Shown piece after piece: positions 17,225 to 30,475 of a stretch of 64,000 nucleotides of DNA. Position 1 is the stretch's first letter. Every line of letters starts with the position of its first letter. The notes under the pieces were generated by a model, which saw nothing but the letters and a program-made list of their open reading frames with translations, ran no database searches and had not been told where the DNA came from. Source of the DNA: Acidimicrobiales bacterium (GTDB lineage Bacteria; Actinomycetota; Acidimicrobiia; Acidimicrobiales; CADCSY01); assembly GCA_030446545.1 (NCBI GenBank), contig JAUJNB010000013.1:4410-68409 (forward strand), read 5' to 3'. Both the position numbers and the translations under genes were made by a program.

Positions 17225-19435
17225 TCAGGTGACCGGGGCGAGCCAGACCACGCCGAGGGGGGGCAGGGTGAGGACCACGGAGTGGTCCTCCCCGTGCCAG
17301 GAACGGGCTTCGGCCTCGAGCACCGGCCCCACGTCGGTCCCGCTGCCGGCGAAGCAGGTGGCGTCGGTGTTGAGCAGGACCTCCCAGGGCCCGTCTTGGG
17401 GCAGGCCCACCCGGTAGCCGTAGCGGGGCACCGGAGTCAGGTTGGCCAAGCAGAGGACCGGGCGGCCACCGACCCCCTCGCCCACGGGCCGGCGCAGGAA
17501 CGAGTAACAGCTCTGGTCGGCGTCGTTGGCGTCGATCCAGCGGAAACCCGCCGGGTCGAAGTCGCCGCTCCACAGGGCCGGCTCGCTGCGGTGCAACCGG
17601 TTGAGCTCCCGCACCAGGGCCTGCACGCCGGCGTGACCCGGATCGTCGAGGAGGTGCCAGTCGAGGCTGTGCTCGTGGGCCCACTCCCGTCCCTGGGCCA
17701 GCTCGCAGCCCATGAACAGGAGCTGCTTGCCGGGATGGCCCCACATCCAGCCGTAGAGGGCCCGAAGGTTGGCCAGCTGCTGCCAGGCGTCGCCGGGCAT
17801 CTTGGCCAGCAGGGAGCCCTTGCCGTGCACCACCTCGTCGTGCGACAGCGGCAACACGAAGTTCTCGCTAAAGGCGTAGAGCAGGCCGAAGGTGAGCTGG
17901 TGGTGGTGGAAGCGGCGGTGGATGGGGTCGTTGGAGAAGTAGGCGAGCGTGTCGTGCATCCAGCCCATGTTCCACTTGTGGCCGAAACCCAGACCGCCCA
18001 CGTAGACCGGGCGGCTGACACCGGGCCAGGCGGTCGACTCCTCGGCGATGGTGAGCACGCCCGGATGCTGGCCGTGCATGAGGGTGTTGAACTCCTGGAG
18101 GAACGACACCGCCTCGAGGTTCTCCCGCCCGCCGTGGCGGTTGGGGACCCACTCGTCGGCCTTGCGGGAGTAGTCGAGATAGAGCATGGAGGCCACCGCG
18201 TCGACCCGCAGCCCGTCGACGTGGAGCTCCTCCACCCAGTACTGGCCACTGGCGGAGAGGAAGTTGCGCACCTCCCTTCGCCCGAAGTTGGGGACGAGGG
18301 TCCCCCAGTCGGGGTGCTCACCCTGGCGGGGGTCGGCGTGCTCGTAGAGGGCCGTGCCGTCGAAACGGGCCAGGGCGAAGTCGTCCTTCGGGAAGTGCGC
18401 CGGCACCCAGTCGACGATCACGCCGACGCCCCGGGCGTGGAAGGCGTCGACCAGGGCCCGGAAGTCGTCGGGGGTCCCGAAGCGGGAGGTGGGGGCGAAG
18501 TAACCGGTCACCTGGTAGCCCCAGGAAGGGTCGTAAGGGTGTTCGGCCACGGGCAGCAGCTCGACGTGGGTGAAGCCCTGGTCGGCCACGTAGGCGACCA
18601 GCTCGCTGGCCATCTCCCGGTAGGTGAGCGGGCGGTCGCCGTCCTCGGGCACCCTGCGCCAGGAACCCAGGTGGACCTCGTAGACCGACAGTGGCCCACG
18701 CAGCGGATCGGACGAGCGCCGGGCCGACAGCCACTCGGCGTCGCCCCACTCGTAGGTCGACTCGTTCACCACGCTGGCCGTGGCCGGAGGGAGCTCACAG
18801 GCGAACGCCATCGGGTCGGCCTTGAGCCGCAGGTGGTTGTCCTGGGTCACCAGCTCGTACTTGTAGCGGGCGCCGGGCCCGACGTCGGGCAGGAACAGCT
18901 CCCACACGCCCGAGGATCCCATCGAGCGCATGGGGTGCAGCCGGCCGTCCCACCGGTTGAAGTCACCCACCACCCGCACGGCCCGGGCCGACGGCGCCCA
19001 CACGGCGAACGAGGTGCCCCGCACCCCCTGGTGGGTGCGCACGTGCGAGCCCAGCACCTGCCACAGGCGCTCGTGACGACCCTCCCCGATGAGGTGGATG
19101 TCGACGTCGCCCAGGGTGGGCCAGAACCGGTAGGGGTCGTCGACGGCAAAGGTCTGGCCGTCGGGATAGGCCACCTCCAGGCGGTACGAGGGGGCCTCGC
19201 CCACCGCCAACGTGGCCGCGAACACGCCTCCGGGGTGGACCTCGTCCATGGCCTGGCGGGATCCGTCTTCGAGGATCAGGGTCATGGAGGAGGCACTGGG
19301 GCGAAAGCCCCGCACGACGGTGGAGGGCCGCTTCCCCTCGGTCGTGTGCGGGCCCAGGATTCGGTGGGGGTCGCCGTGCTCCCCCGCCACCAAGCGGTCG
19401 AGCTCGGCGTCGGGCTGCTTGGGGACGGATTTCAT
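17225..19435 (-). CDS. glgB: 1,4-alpha-glucan branching enzyme
   Basis: FAVWAPSA, YEVHLGSW, SWGYQ, DWVPAHFP, DGLRVDAVASM, AEESTAW, LSHDEVVHGK; ATGA overlap with mak. Confidence 0.96.
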   Translation of the reverse strand: MKSVPKQPDAELDRLVAGEHGDPHRILGPHTTEGKRPSTVVRGFRPSASSMTLILEDGSRQAMDEVHPGGVFAATLAVGEAPSYRLEVAYPDGQTFAVDDPYRFWPTLGDVDIHLIGEGRHERLWQVLGSHVRTHQGVRGTSFAVWAPSARAVRVVGDFNRWDGRLHPMRSMGSSGVWELFLPDVGPGARYKYELVTQDNHLRLKADPMAFACELPPATASVVNESTYEWGDAEWLSARRSSDPLRGPLSVYEVHLGSWRRVPEDGDRPLTYREMASELVAYVADQGFTHVELLPVAEHPYDPSWGYQVTGYFAPTSRFGTPDDFRALVDAFHARGVGVIVDWVPAHFPKDDFALARFDGTALYEHADPRQGEHPDWGTLVPNFGRREVRNFLSASGQYWVEELHVDGLRVDAVASMLYLDYSRKADEWVPNRHGGRENLEAVSFLQEFNTLMHGQHPGVLTIAEESTAWPGVSRPVYVGGLGFGHKWNMGWMHDTLAYFSNDPIHRRFHHHQLTFGLLYAFSENFVLPLSHDEVVHGKGSLLAKMPGDAWQQLANLRALYGWMWGHPGKQLLFMGCELAQGREWAHEHSLDWHLLDDPGHAGVQALVRELNRLHRSEPALWSGDFDPAGFRWIDANDADQSCYSFLRRPVGEGVGGRPVLCLANLTPVPRYGYRVGLPQDGPWEVLLNTDATCFAGSGTDVGPVLEAEARSWHGEDHSVVLTLPPLGVVWLAPVT

Positions 19436-20765
19436 GGCGTGGCCTCCAAGAGGCGATGGATGGCGGCGAGGGGGATGTCGACCCAGTCGGGCCGGTGGGC
19501 CTGCTCGTAGCCGACCTCGTAGACGGCTTTGTCGAGCTCGAAGGCCACCTGCACCAGCCGGCGGTCGGCGTCGACGGCGGGCAGCACCGCTCCTGCTCCT
19601 GGCGCGCCGAGGTAGCCGGCGACGAACGAGACCCGGTTCCGGTGCTCCCAAGCATCGGCCAGGGCCATCAGCTCCTCGTCGACCTCGGTGCCCCATTCCC
19701 GCAGCGAGACCTGGGCCGCGTAGTGGAAGGAGCGGACCTGGCCGGCCACGTCGCGCAGGGGTGAGCTGGGCCGGCGCCGCTCCTCGAGGGGACGATCAGG
19801 CTCGCCCTCGAAATCCAGGATGTACCAGCCCGAGTCGGTCCGCATGACCTGGCCCAGGTGATAGTCACCGTGGACCCGCAAGGCGGGGCCGGGATCGTTG
19901 ATGGTACGCAGGCGCTGGTAGACGTGGTGCACCCGGCCGGAGTCAACCCCTTCGAGGCGCACGCGGGCGAGCTGGGCCTCCATGTCGTCGGCCCACTCCT
20001 CGGGTGTGCCGGGCACGGTCCCGAACGCCTCGGCCAGAGCCAGGTGCATCTCGGCGGTGGTGGAGCCCAGACGGCTGGCGTCGAAGGCGAAATCGCCGCC
20101 CGCCTCCGCCGGCGGACAGCGACGGTCATAGAGGTCGCGCAAGGACAGCAGGGCCAAGGAGAAGCCGTCGGCGCCTCCGACGAGGAAGCGGTTGACCAGG
20201 GCGAAGTCGAAGTCGCCTTTGCGCCACTCGGCCACGGGCTCGGCCACGTTGGCGAAGCCCACCTCCCCCAGGGCCCGGGTCACCTCGGCGTCGGGGTTGG
20301 GGCCGTGGGCCAGCCGGCGGAACAACTTCATGATGAGACGCTCGTCGAACACGACCGAGGTGTTGGACTGGTCAGCGCCCAGATAGCGGGCCCGCTCCAC
20401 CTGTTCCTCGGGCGCCATGTGGTGCAGGAGGGCGACGGTGAGCTCGGGGTCGATGGCGGCGTCGTAGACGAGCACCGTGCCCCGGTCGGTGGCCAGCTCG
20501 GAGACGATGGCCTCCGGCTTGCCCTCGAGGAACGCCTCCCGGCTGCCCACCGGGCGCAGCCCGAGCACCAACTGGTAGGTAGCCACGTCGGTGTGTCCGT
20601 GAGCCCGGGCGTCGACCAGGACCTGGACCAGCACCGGCCAGTCGCCGTCGCGCAGGATCCGCATCGACGACAGCGTCACGTCGGCGGCCTCGGCCTCGCC
20701 GCCGGCGAACCACCGCTGCCGAGGCAGGTACTCGGCCAGAGCTGCAGCCAGGGCTGCTTGGTCGA

Positions 20766-20769
<4 letters not shown>
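19432..20769 (-). CDS. mak: Maltokinase (Pep2)
   Basis: [48 protein letters not shown]. Confidence 0.92.
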
Positions 20770-22467
<1,698 letters not shown>

Positions 22468-22471
<4 letters not shown>

Positions 22472-24407
22472 GCCGGGCGGATGGTGCGCAGGTGCAGGAC
22501 ATGGCCAGGCGTCTCCGCCGGGTCCAGGCGGACGTAGGGATGGGGTCCCTGCCAGGTGAACGTGGCTCCGGTGAGCTCGTCATGAGCCTCGAAGGGTTGG
22601 TCGAAGGGCAGGCCCAGCACGCCCAGATCGAGGGACAGGGTGTCCTCCTGCCATTGATCCGGGTCGAGGTTGACCACGCACAACACCACGTCGTCACCGT
22701 CGTCGCTGCTGCGGGAGTAGACGATCAGGGCGTCCTTGGAGCTGACGTGGAAGTGGGTGTTGCGCAGCGTGGCCAGGGCGGGGTGGTCGTGGCGGAGCTG
22801 GTTGACCTGACGGACGAAGGGGGTGAGGGGTCCGGCCTCGTCGTCCCACCCCCGCTCCTTGCGCTCGTACTTCTCGGAGTTGCGGTACTCCTCGTTGGCC
22901 TCGCTCTGGGGCTCGTTCTCGCACCACTCGTAGCCCCGGTAGACCCCGTAGCTGGGCATCAGCGTGGCGGCCAGCAACAGGCGCAGTCGGAACGCCGCCG
23001 GGCTGCCGTTGCGCAGCGGTCCCGAGAGGATGTCGGGGGTGTTGGGCCAGAAGTTGGGCCGCATGTAATCGGCCAGGGCGCCAGTGGTCAGCTCGGTGAC
23101 GTAGTCGGCCAGCTCGTCCTTGCTGGTCCGCCACGTGAAGTAGGTGTAGCTCTGGGTGAAGCCCACCTCGGCCAGCTTGGCCATGACCTTGGGCCTGGTG
23201 AAGGCCTCGGCCAGGAACAACACGTCGGGGTGCTGTCGCTGGATCTCGGGGATGGCCCAGGCCCAGAAGGCCATGGGCTTGGTGTGGGGGTTGTCCACCC
23301 GGAAGATCCGCACGCCGTGGCCGATCCAGAAGGTGAGGATGTCGCGACACGCCTCCCACAGCGCCACCCGCTCGGCCTCCTCGTCGGGCCAGAAGTTGAT
23401 GGGGTAGATGTCCTGGTACTTCTTGGGGGTTCTCGGCGTAGCGGATGGTGCCGTCGGGACGGTGGTGGAACCACCGGGTGCTCGCCCACCCAGGGGTGGT
23501 CGGGCGCGCACTGCAACGCGTAGTCGAGGGCGATCTCCAGCCCGTGGGCCCCCGCCTCGGCCACCAGCTGGTCGAATTCCTCCAACGTGCCCAGGTCGGG
23601 GTGCACGGCGGTGTGGCCGCCCTCGGCCCCGCCGATGGCCCAGGGGCTCCCCACGTCGTCGGGCCCGGGGTCGAGGGTGTTGTCCGGTCCCTTGCGGTGC
23701 TGGCGGCCGATGGGGTGCACGGGAGGCAGGTAGACGATGTCGAAGCCCATGTCGGCGATGGTGGCCATGCGCTTGGCCAACCCGGTGAAGCCACCCTCGG
23801 AACGGGGGAAGACCTCGTACCAGGCCCCGCAGCGGCCCCTCGGTCGATCGACCCACAGGGGCAAGGGGTCGGCCGCGGTGACGCTGCCGGGCAGGGGCGT
23901 GTCCTGCACCGCGGCGGCCACGGCGTCGTCCAGGCCGGCGTTGAGGCGGACCTCCACGCTGCACGCCGACCGCCTGAGGGCGGCGGCGGCGTCGACCACC
24001 AGGGCCCGTCGCACCTCCGGCACCAGTTGGGTGAGGGCGTCGAGCAGGCGGGCCCCCTCCTCCAGTTCGAGGTCGACGTCCTGGCCGGCCGCGGCCTTGA
24101 GGGTGACGTCGTGACGCCAGGTGGCAAAGGCGTCGCGCCAGGCCTCGACCACCACCTCATGGGTCCCGGCGCCCTCGAAGCGGACGGTCGTCTCCCACCG
24201 GTCGTTGCCCACATGGACCATGGGCGACTCGTTGTCCCAGGCCTTCGAGCCCTTGCGCCGGGTGCGCACCCGGGCGGCCAGGACGTCGTGGCCGTCGGCG
24301 AAGATGTCGCCCGAGACCCTGACCACCTCGCCCTCGGCCGCCTTGGCGGGAAAGGCCCGGGAAGGGGTCCGGGGCCGGAGGTCGTCGATCACGATGCGTC
24401 CCAGCAC
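22468..24407 (-). CDS. glgE: Alpha-1,4-glucan:maltose-1-phosphate maltosyltransferase (frameshifts ~23428 and ~23474)
   Basis: [73 protein letters not shown]. Confidence 0.93.
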
Positions 24408-24518
24408 CCCTACAGCCCTACCAGGCCCCGCCGCCCGGAGGAAACTCCGGACACGTCCGAGAGGGCCGGCCGCTCGACGGGGCATGGGCGACGACCTCCC
24501 GACTACGGTCCAGCGGCG

Positions 24519-27048
24519 ATGAAGGCGCTGCGAAGTTTCACGGTCCGTCCCCGCCTGCCCGAGGCCCTGGCCGGCCTCGAGGACCTGGCCATGAACCTCC
24601 GGTGGGCGTGGGACGAGCGCACCCGGGAGCTGTTCCGCTGGGTCGATCCCGATGCCTGGGAGTCGGGCCACCACGATCCGGTGCGCCTGCTGGGTGCGGT
24701 GGGACGGGATCGCCTGGCCCAACTGGAGGCCGAACCCGCCTTCCGCAGCTTCCTCAGCGAGGTCCACGACGCCCTCAATCGCTACTGCGAGCGGCCCCGA
24801 TGGTTCCAGGGCCGCCCGGCCACCCCGTTGCGCTCGGTGGCCTACTTCTCCCCCGAGTTCGGACTGGCCGAGGCCCTGCCCCAGTACTCCGGCGGTCTCG
24901 GCGTCCTGGCCGGCGACCACCTCAAGGCGGCCAGCGACCTCGGGGTGCCTTCTCGTGGGCGTGGGCCTGTTCTACCGCCACGGCTACTTCCGCCAGTCGC
25001 TCAACAGCGACGGCTGGCAGCTCGAGCGCTATCCCAGCCTCGACCCCTTCGCCATGGCCCTGCGCCTGGTCGAGGACGTGCGCATCGAGGTCGACCTGGC
25101 CGGCCACCCGCTGGCGGCCCGGGTGTGGCGGGCCGACGTGGGCCGGGTGCGGCTGTATCTCCTCGACGCCGACATCGAGGACAACGACGACAACGGTCGG
25201 GGCGTCACCGACCGCCTCTACGGGGGCGACACCGAACATCGCCTGCGCCAGGAGCTCCTGCTCGGCGTGGGTGGGGTGCGGGCGCTGGAAGCGGTGGGCG
25301 AGGTGACCCAGGTCTTCCACACCAATGAGGGCCACGCCGGGTTCCTCGGCCTGGAGCGCATCCGCCGCAGCATCCTCGACGGGGGCCTGGGCTTCGCCGA
25401 GGCCCTGGAGGCCACCAAGGCGGCCAGCATCTTCACCACCCACACCCCGGTACCCGCCGGCATCGACCGCTTCCCCCGCACGCTCATGGCCCGCTACTTC
25501 GAGCGCTGGACCAAGGAGTGCGGCGTCGACCTCGACACGCTCATGGCCCTCGGCCACGAGCCCGGCGAGGCGGCCGACGCCCCCTTCAACATGGCCGTCA
25601 TGGGCCTGCGCCTGGCCGGGCGTTCCAACGCCGTGTCCCGGTTGCACGGTGAGGTGAGTCGCTCGATGTTCGCGCCCCTGTGGCCGGGTGTACCGGTCGA
25701 CGAGGTGCCCATCACCTCGGTCACCAACGGGGTGCACGCCCACACCTGGGTGTCCTCGGAGATGGACGACCTGCTCGGCCGCCACGTCCTGCGGGCGTGG
25801 AGCGAGGCCGGCGCCGAGCGTTGGTCGCGCATCGAGCGGATGGGCGACGAGGAGCTGTGGCGGGTGCGCGACCAGGGTCGGGAGCGACTGGTGGCCTTCG
25901 TGCGCCAACACCTCCGGGCCTCCCTCACGGCCCGGGGACTGAGCTCGTCCGACACCGACTGGTGCACCGGCGTCCTCGACCCCAAGGCCCTCACCGTGTG
26001 CTTCGCCCGGCGCTTCGCCACCTACAAAAGGGCCACCCTGCTGCTCAGCCAACCCGAGCGTCTTCAGGCCCTGCTGGGGTCGCCCGAGCGCCCGGTGCAG
26101 TTCGTCTTCGCCGGCAAGGCCCACCCCGCCGACGACCTGGGCAAGGAGATGATCCGCCAGATCGTGTCGTTCTCCTCCCAGCCCGAGGTCCGCCATCACC
26201 TGGTGTTCGTGCCCGACTACGACATCGCGGTGGCCCGCACCCTCTTCCAAGGGGCCGACGTCTGGCTCAACAACCCCCGACGGCCCCTGGAGGCATGCGG
26301 CACGAGCGGGGAGAAGGCGGCGCTGAACGGCTCACTCAACTGCTCGGTGCTCGACGGGTGGTGGGACGAGATGTTCGACGGCGAGAACGGTTGGGCCATC
26401 TCCTCGGCCGAAGGCATCCAGGACCTGGCCAAGCGCGACCAGGTGGAGGCCGACAGCCTCTTCGCCCTCCTCGAGGACCAGATCGTCCCCCTGTTCTACG
26501 AGCGCACCCAGGGGCCGGTGCCCCGCCGGTGGGTGGCGCGCGTCAAATCCTCCCTGGCCTCGCTCGGCCCCCGCGTCACCGCCGACCGCATGGTGGCCGA
26601 CTACGTGAGCGAGCTCTACGAGCCCACCGCGGCCCGGGCCGACGCCCTGTCCGCCGACGGCTGGGCCCGGGCCCAGGCACTGGCGACGTGGAAGCAGCGG
26701 GTGCACGGGTCCTGGAAGGGCGTCCACATCGATGCCATCGACGGGGACGACGTGGCGCCCGACCTCGGAGCGGCCCGCGACGTGGAGGTGGTGGTGGCCC
26801 TGGGCGACCTGGCCGCCGGCGACGTGGCGGTCCAGGTGCTGCACGGACCGGTGGGCCAGAACGACGAGCTGGCTCCCGTAGCGGTCGTCACCATGCAGCT
26901 GGTGGGCCCGGCCGACGACGGTCATCTCTGTTATCGGGCCCGCATCGTCTGCGACCGGCCCGGGCGCTACGGGTTCACGGCGAGGATCGTGCCGGCCCAC
27001 CCCGACCTGGTGACCCCCGTCGAGCTCGGTCTGGTCACCTGGGGGTAG
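24519..27048 (+). CDS. glgP: Alpha-glucan phosphorylase (frameshift ~24950)
   Basis: [55 protein letters not shown]. Confidence 0.95.
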
Positions 27049-27061
27049 CGCTCAGTGCCGC

Positions 27062-27286
27062 TCAGACGGCGATGACCTCGGTGACGCCCTCGACCCGGTC
27101 GCGCAGGATGCGCTCGATACCGGCCTTCATGGTCACCGTGGACGCCGGGCAGGTGCCACAGGCGCCCACCAACTCGACGGTGACGACGCCGGTCTGCTCG
27201 TCGACGTCCTTGACCACGATGTCGCCACCGTCGGCCTGGAGCGCGGGCCGGATGACTTCGATGGTGGCCATCAGACGGTCTCGCAC
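27062..27286 (-). CDS. NifU/NfuA-like Fe-S carrier
   Basis: IRPALQADGGD..GACGTCPASTVTMKAGIE. Confidence 0.9.
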   Translation of the reverse strand: MRDRLMATIEVIRPALQADGGDIVVKDVDEQTGVVTVELVGACGTCPASTVTMKAGIERILRDRVEGVTEVIAV

Positions 27287-27392
27287 CAGTCGAGTGTGCC
27301 GCCTCCCCGCCCTTCCCACAACCGAACCGTGGTCATGTGGCGTACACGGTGGGAGGCCTGGGCCTGCTCTTCCGCTCGTAGGATCAGAGGCC

Positions 27393-27593
27393 ATGGCCGC
27401 GGCGATGCACCAAGGGGCGGTGGCCCTGGCCCACCAGGGGGGATGGGACGAGGTCGTGCTCGTCATCCTGCCCCTGATCGTCCTGGCCGGGTTGTTGCGG
27501 CTGGCGCGGCGCCGGGCCGTTCGGGAAGCCGAGAACGAGACGGCGACCCGGGCCACGAACCCGGTCGAGGCCCCCGGGGCCGGTCCCGAGTAG
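27393..27593 (+). CDS. Small membrane protein
   Basis: LAHQGGWDEVVLVILPLIVLAGLLRLARRRA; fills the gap before the MFS gene. Confidence 0.65.
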   Translation: MAAAMHQGAVALAHQGGWDEVVLVILPLIVLAGLLRLARRRAVREAENETATRATNPVEAPGAGPE

Positions 27594-27599
27594 CGGGCC

Positions 27600-29147
27600 G
27601 TGGCCCGGGTCGTCACTCGGGTCGAGGGCTCGCCCGAGGAAGTAGCGGCGTGGCTCGAGCCCCGGAACGACCTCGTGGGCGAGCAGGTCGTTCCCGGGGA
27701 GGCAGCGGCCTGCTTCGGCGCCGAGGCTGGGCCCTTCCGGCACTACCGGCGCGTGGCCGACGTCGAGCAGCTGGCTGACGGGAGGCTGGCCGTCACCTCG
27801 ACCACGTCGTTCCGCCTGGCCATCCCCTACTTCGCCTGGCTGTTCGTCCTGCCCGTGCGCCGGGTCCTGGCCCGTCCCGATCAGGGGCACCGCCAACCCT
27901 GGTGGGCACCGCCCGACCGCCTCGACACCCGGGCCGCGACCGTGCTGGGGGTGCTGGGGCTGGCGTCGATGATCGCCGGCTACCTCGGCACGCTGCTCAC
28001 CCAGACCATCACCTTCGCGGCTGAGGAGTTCGGCCTGGCCGGCGCCCGTCCTCAGGGCTACACGCTGGCCGCGGTGCGGGTGGGCGTCCTCCTCGCCATC
28101 GCTCTGGTGGCCGTCGCCGACCGTCGGGGGCGGCGGCCCGTGCTCCTGGCCTGCGCCCTGGGCGGATGCCTGGCGGCGGCGGCCGGCGCCCTGGCCCCTT
28201 CGCTGGCCTGGCTGGGCGCCACCCAGTTGGTGGCCCGGGCCTTCGCCACCGCCCTGGCCGTCCTCATCACCGTCGTGGCCGCCGAGGAGATGCCCCGGGG
28301 ATCGAGGGCCTACGCCGTCAGCGTGTTGGGCATGGCGGGCGGCCTCGGTGCCGGGGTGTGCGTTCTGGCCCTCCCCCTGGCCGACCTGAGCCCGGGGGGC
28401 TGGCGCCTGCTGTATCTCGTCCCGTTGGCCGGCCTGCCCCTCGTGCGCAGCCTGGCCGGCCTGCTGGGCGAGAGCCGGCGCTTCGCCGCCCCCCACGCCG
28501 TGGTGGCCCTGGCCGGCCACGGCCGCCGCCTCGCCCTGCTGGCGGCGTCGGCGTTCCTGCTGGCCCTGTTCACCGCTCCTGCGTCACAACTACAGAACCA
28601 GTTCCTACGGAACGAGCGTAACTTCTCGGCCGGCCGCATCGCCCTGTTCACCCTCCTCACCGTCACCCCGGCGGGCATCGGGGTGGTGGCCGGCGGGCGC
28701 CTGGCCGACGTGCGTGGTCGCCGGATGGTCGGCGCCATCGGCCTGGCCGGCGGCGTGGGGGCCAGCGTGGCCATGTTCGCCAGCACCGGCTGGCCACTGT
28801 GGGCCTGGTCGGTGGTGGGTTCGGTGGTGGGCGGGGCGGTGCTGCCGGCGCTCGGCGTCTACGGCCCCGAGCTGTTCCCCACCTCGTTGCGGGGCCGGGC
28901 CAACGGCGTGGTGGCCCTGCTCGGGGTGTTGGGCAGCGCCATCGGCCTGCTCACGGCGGCGGAGCTCTCGGAGCACCTGGGCGGCCTGGCCCCGGCCCTG
29001 GCCATCCTCGCCCTCGGGCCGGTGGCCCTGGTGGTCCTGGTGCTGGTGGCCTACCCCGAGACGGCCCGGCGCGAGCTCGAAGAGCTCAATCCGGAGGACC
29101 GACCGCAACCGGCGCCAGCCCTGCCACCCACGCCGACACGGCCGTAG
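27600..29147 (+). CDS. MFS transporter with extra N-terminal domain
   Basis: ADRRGRRPVL and ADVRGRR loops, ELFPTSLRG, PETARRELEE. Confidence 0.9.
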   Translation: MARVVTRVEGSPEEVAAWLEPRNDLVGEQVVPGEAAACFGAEAGPFRHYRRVADVEQLADGRLAVTSTTSFRLAIPYFAWLFVLPVRRVLARPDQGHRQPWWAPPDRLDTRAATVLGVLGLASMIAGYLGTLLTQTITFAAEEFGLAGARPQGYTLAAVRVGVLLAIALVAVADRRGRRPVLLACALGGCLAAAAGALAPSLAWLGATQLVARAFATALAVLITVVAAEEMPRGSRAYAVSVLGMAGGLGAGVCVLALPLADLSPGGWRLLYLVPLAGLPLVRSLAGLLGESRRFAAPHAVVALAGHGRRLALLAASAFLLALFTAPASQLQNQFLRNERNFSAGRIALFTLLTVTPAGIGVVAGGRLADVRGRRMVGAIGLAGGVGASVAMFASTGWPLWAWSVVGSVVGGAVLPALGVYGPELFPTSLRGRANGVVALLGVLGSAIGLLTAAELSEHLGGLAPALAILALGPVALVVLVLVAYPETARRELEELNPEDRPQPAPALPPTPTRP

Positions 29148-29691
29148 CCACCTCCTCGTCGGCCCGCTTCAACTCGTGGCCGGCGCCGTCGAACCACACG
29201 TGCGTCACGGGCCCCGGGATGGTGGCGGTGGCCTGCTCCAACTCAGCGGGAGTGGCGAAGGGATCCCTGGTCCCGCTCAGGAACAGACAGGGGAGGGCCA
29301 ACGCCGGCAGGTGGGCCACCCGCAGCCGCTCGGGACGACCCGGAGGGTGCAGGGGGTAGGCCACCAGCACCAGCCCGGCCGCAGGCAGCCCCTCGGCCAC
29401 CGCCATCGAGCAGATGCGCCCTCCCATCGAGCGCCCTCCGAGCACCAGTCGCTCGGGCGCCACCTCCGTGCGGCGAGCCAGGGCATCGGCCCCCTCGACC
29501 ACGGCGGCCACCAGCTTGGGGGCGCGATCGGGGGCCCGACGACCGGCCCGCCGGTAGGGGAAGTCCATCCGCTCCACCGGGAGCGGGGCCAGCGCCGCCT
29601 CGATGGCCACCAGGCCGGGGTGGGAACGGCCGCTGCCGGCGCCGGGGGTCAACAGGACCGCGCTTACCCCCGGTCCTGCCGGTCGGCCCAC
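29086..29691 (-). CDS. Alpha/beta hydrolase
   Basis: TPGAG, GGRSMGGR nucleophile, YPLHPPG, GTRDPF, GAGH. Confidence 0.88.
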   Translation of the reverse strand: MGRPAGPGVSAVLLTPGAGSGRSHPGLVAIEAALAPLPVERMDFPYRRAGRRAPDRAPKLVAAVVEGADALARRTEVAPERLVLGGRSMGGRICSMAVAEGLPAAGLVLVAYPLHPPGRPERLRVAHLPALALPCLFLSGTRDPFATPAELEQATATIPGPVTHVWFDGAGHELKRADEEVATAVSAWVAGLAPVAVGPPD

Positions 29692-29692
29692 G

Positions 29693-30409
29693 TCAGACCG
29701 CCGGCACCGTGGCCGCCAGCAGGATGCGGCGGGCCTCGCTGAGCTCGGAGATGCGCTGGGCCGCCCCTTCGTTGGCGCCACCGTGGTCAGGGTGGGCCGA
29801 GCGGACCAGGGCCCGGAACCGCTGCTGCACGTCGCTCCGCTCGGGGACGCCCTCGGCGCCGAAGCCGAGGACGGTCAGGGCCCAGCGGTGGGGATGGGTG
29901 AAGGCGCCACTGGCCCACGCTTGGGCGCTCCCCTCCCCTGAGAGGTGGGCCACGAGCGAAGGACCGACCGGCCCGTGCCACCGGGTGGCCCGACGTACGG
30001 TCTCCAGAACGGCACGACGGTGGGCATCGTCCACCGCCCCGGCGGCATAGACGGCGCCGAGGATCTGGGCGGCCGGGGTGGCGTTCTCCTCGAGATCGAA
30101 GTGCACGCTGTCGCCCAGGTCGACCAGGCGATGGTGGGTGCGGGCCAGGCCGATGCGGTCCACCTGGAAGCGGTGGCGCAGGCGCGGCTGGGGTATGCGC
30201 CGACCGGCCTGGAGGTCGTCGAGGAGCCGGGTCACCTCGCCCACCAACTCGGGCTCCAGCTCCTCGATGGAGGAGGCCACGATGCCCCCGAGCAGCAGCC
30301 CTCCGAAGCCGGGAGGGGGATCGGTGGGAAGCAACCGTCGGCCGAGGGCCACCCGGCGGGTGGGGGCGATGGGCCGGCTGTGCCAGATCTCGAGCTCGGC
30401 CAGCAGCAC
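29693..30409 (-). CDS. Protein with C-terminal J-domain
   Basis: ALTVLG..VQQRFRALVRSAHPDHGG..ELSEARRIL. Confidence 0.8.
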   Translation of the reverse strand: MLLAELEIWHSRPIAPTRRVALGRRLLPTDPPPGFGGLLLGGIVASSIEELEPELVGEVTRLLDDLQAGRRIPQPRLRHRFQVDRIGLARTHHRLVDLGDSVHFDLEENATPAAQILGAVYAAGAVDDAHRRAVLETVRRATRWHGPVGPSLVAHLSGEGSAQAWASGAFTHPHRWALTVLGFGAEGVPERSDVQQRFRALVRSAHPDHGGANEGAAQRISELSEARRILLAATVPAV

Positions 30410-30475
30410 CGGTGGAACCCTATCCCCGGCGATCAGCCGGGCCTCATCGCCGGGTTCGCTCCGGCTGCGGACCCC

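Noticed and set aside
17000-19510. Long antisense or alternate-frame ORFs (e.g. 17000-19510, 1914-3515, 8191-10272, 41855-43639)
   Set aside because: Shadow ORFs expected at high GC opposite well-supported genes; no recognisable motifs
22850-22945. Odd substitutions in the GlgE C-terminal motif (YRGYEW, EEYRN, KYER)
   Set aside because: Clustered changes in a gene that also has indels suggest low-quality consensus rather than altered function
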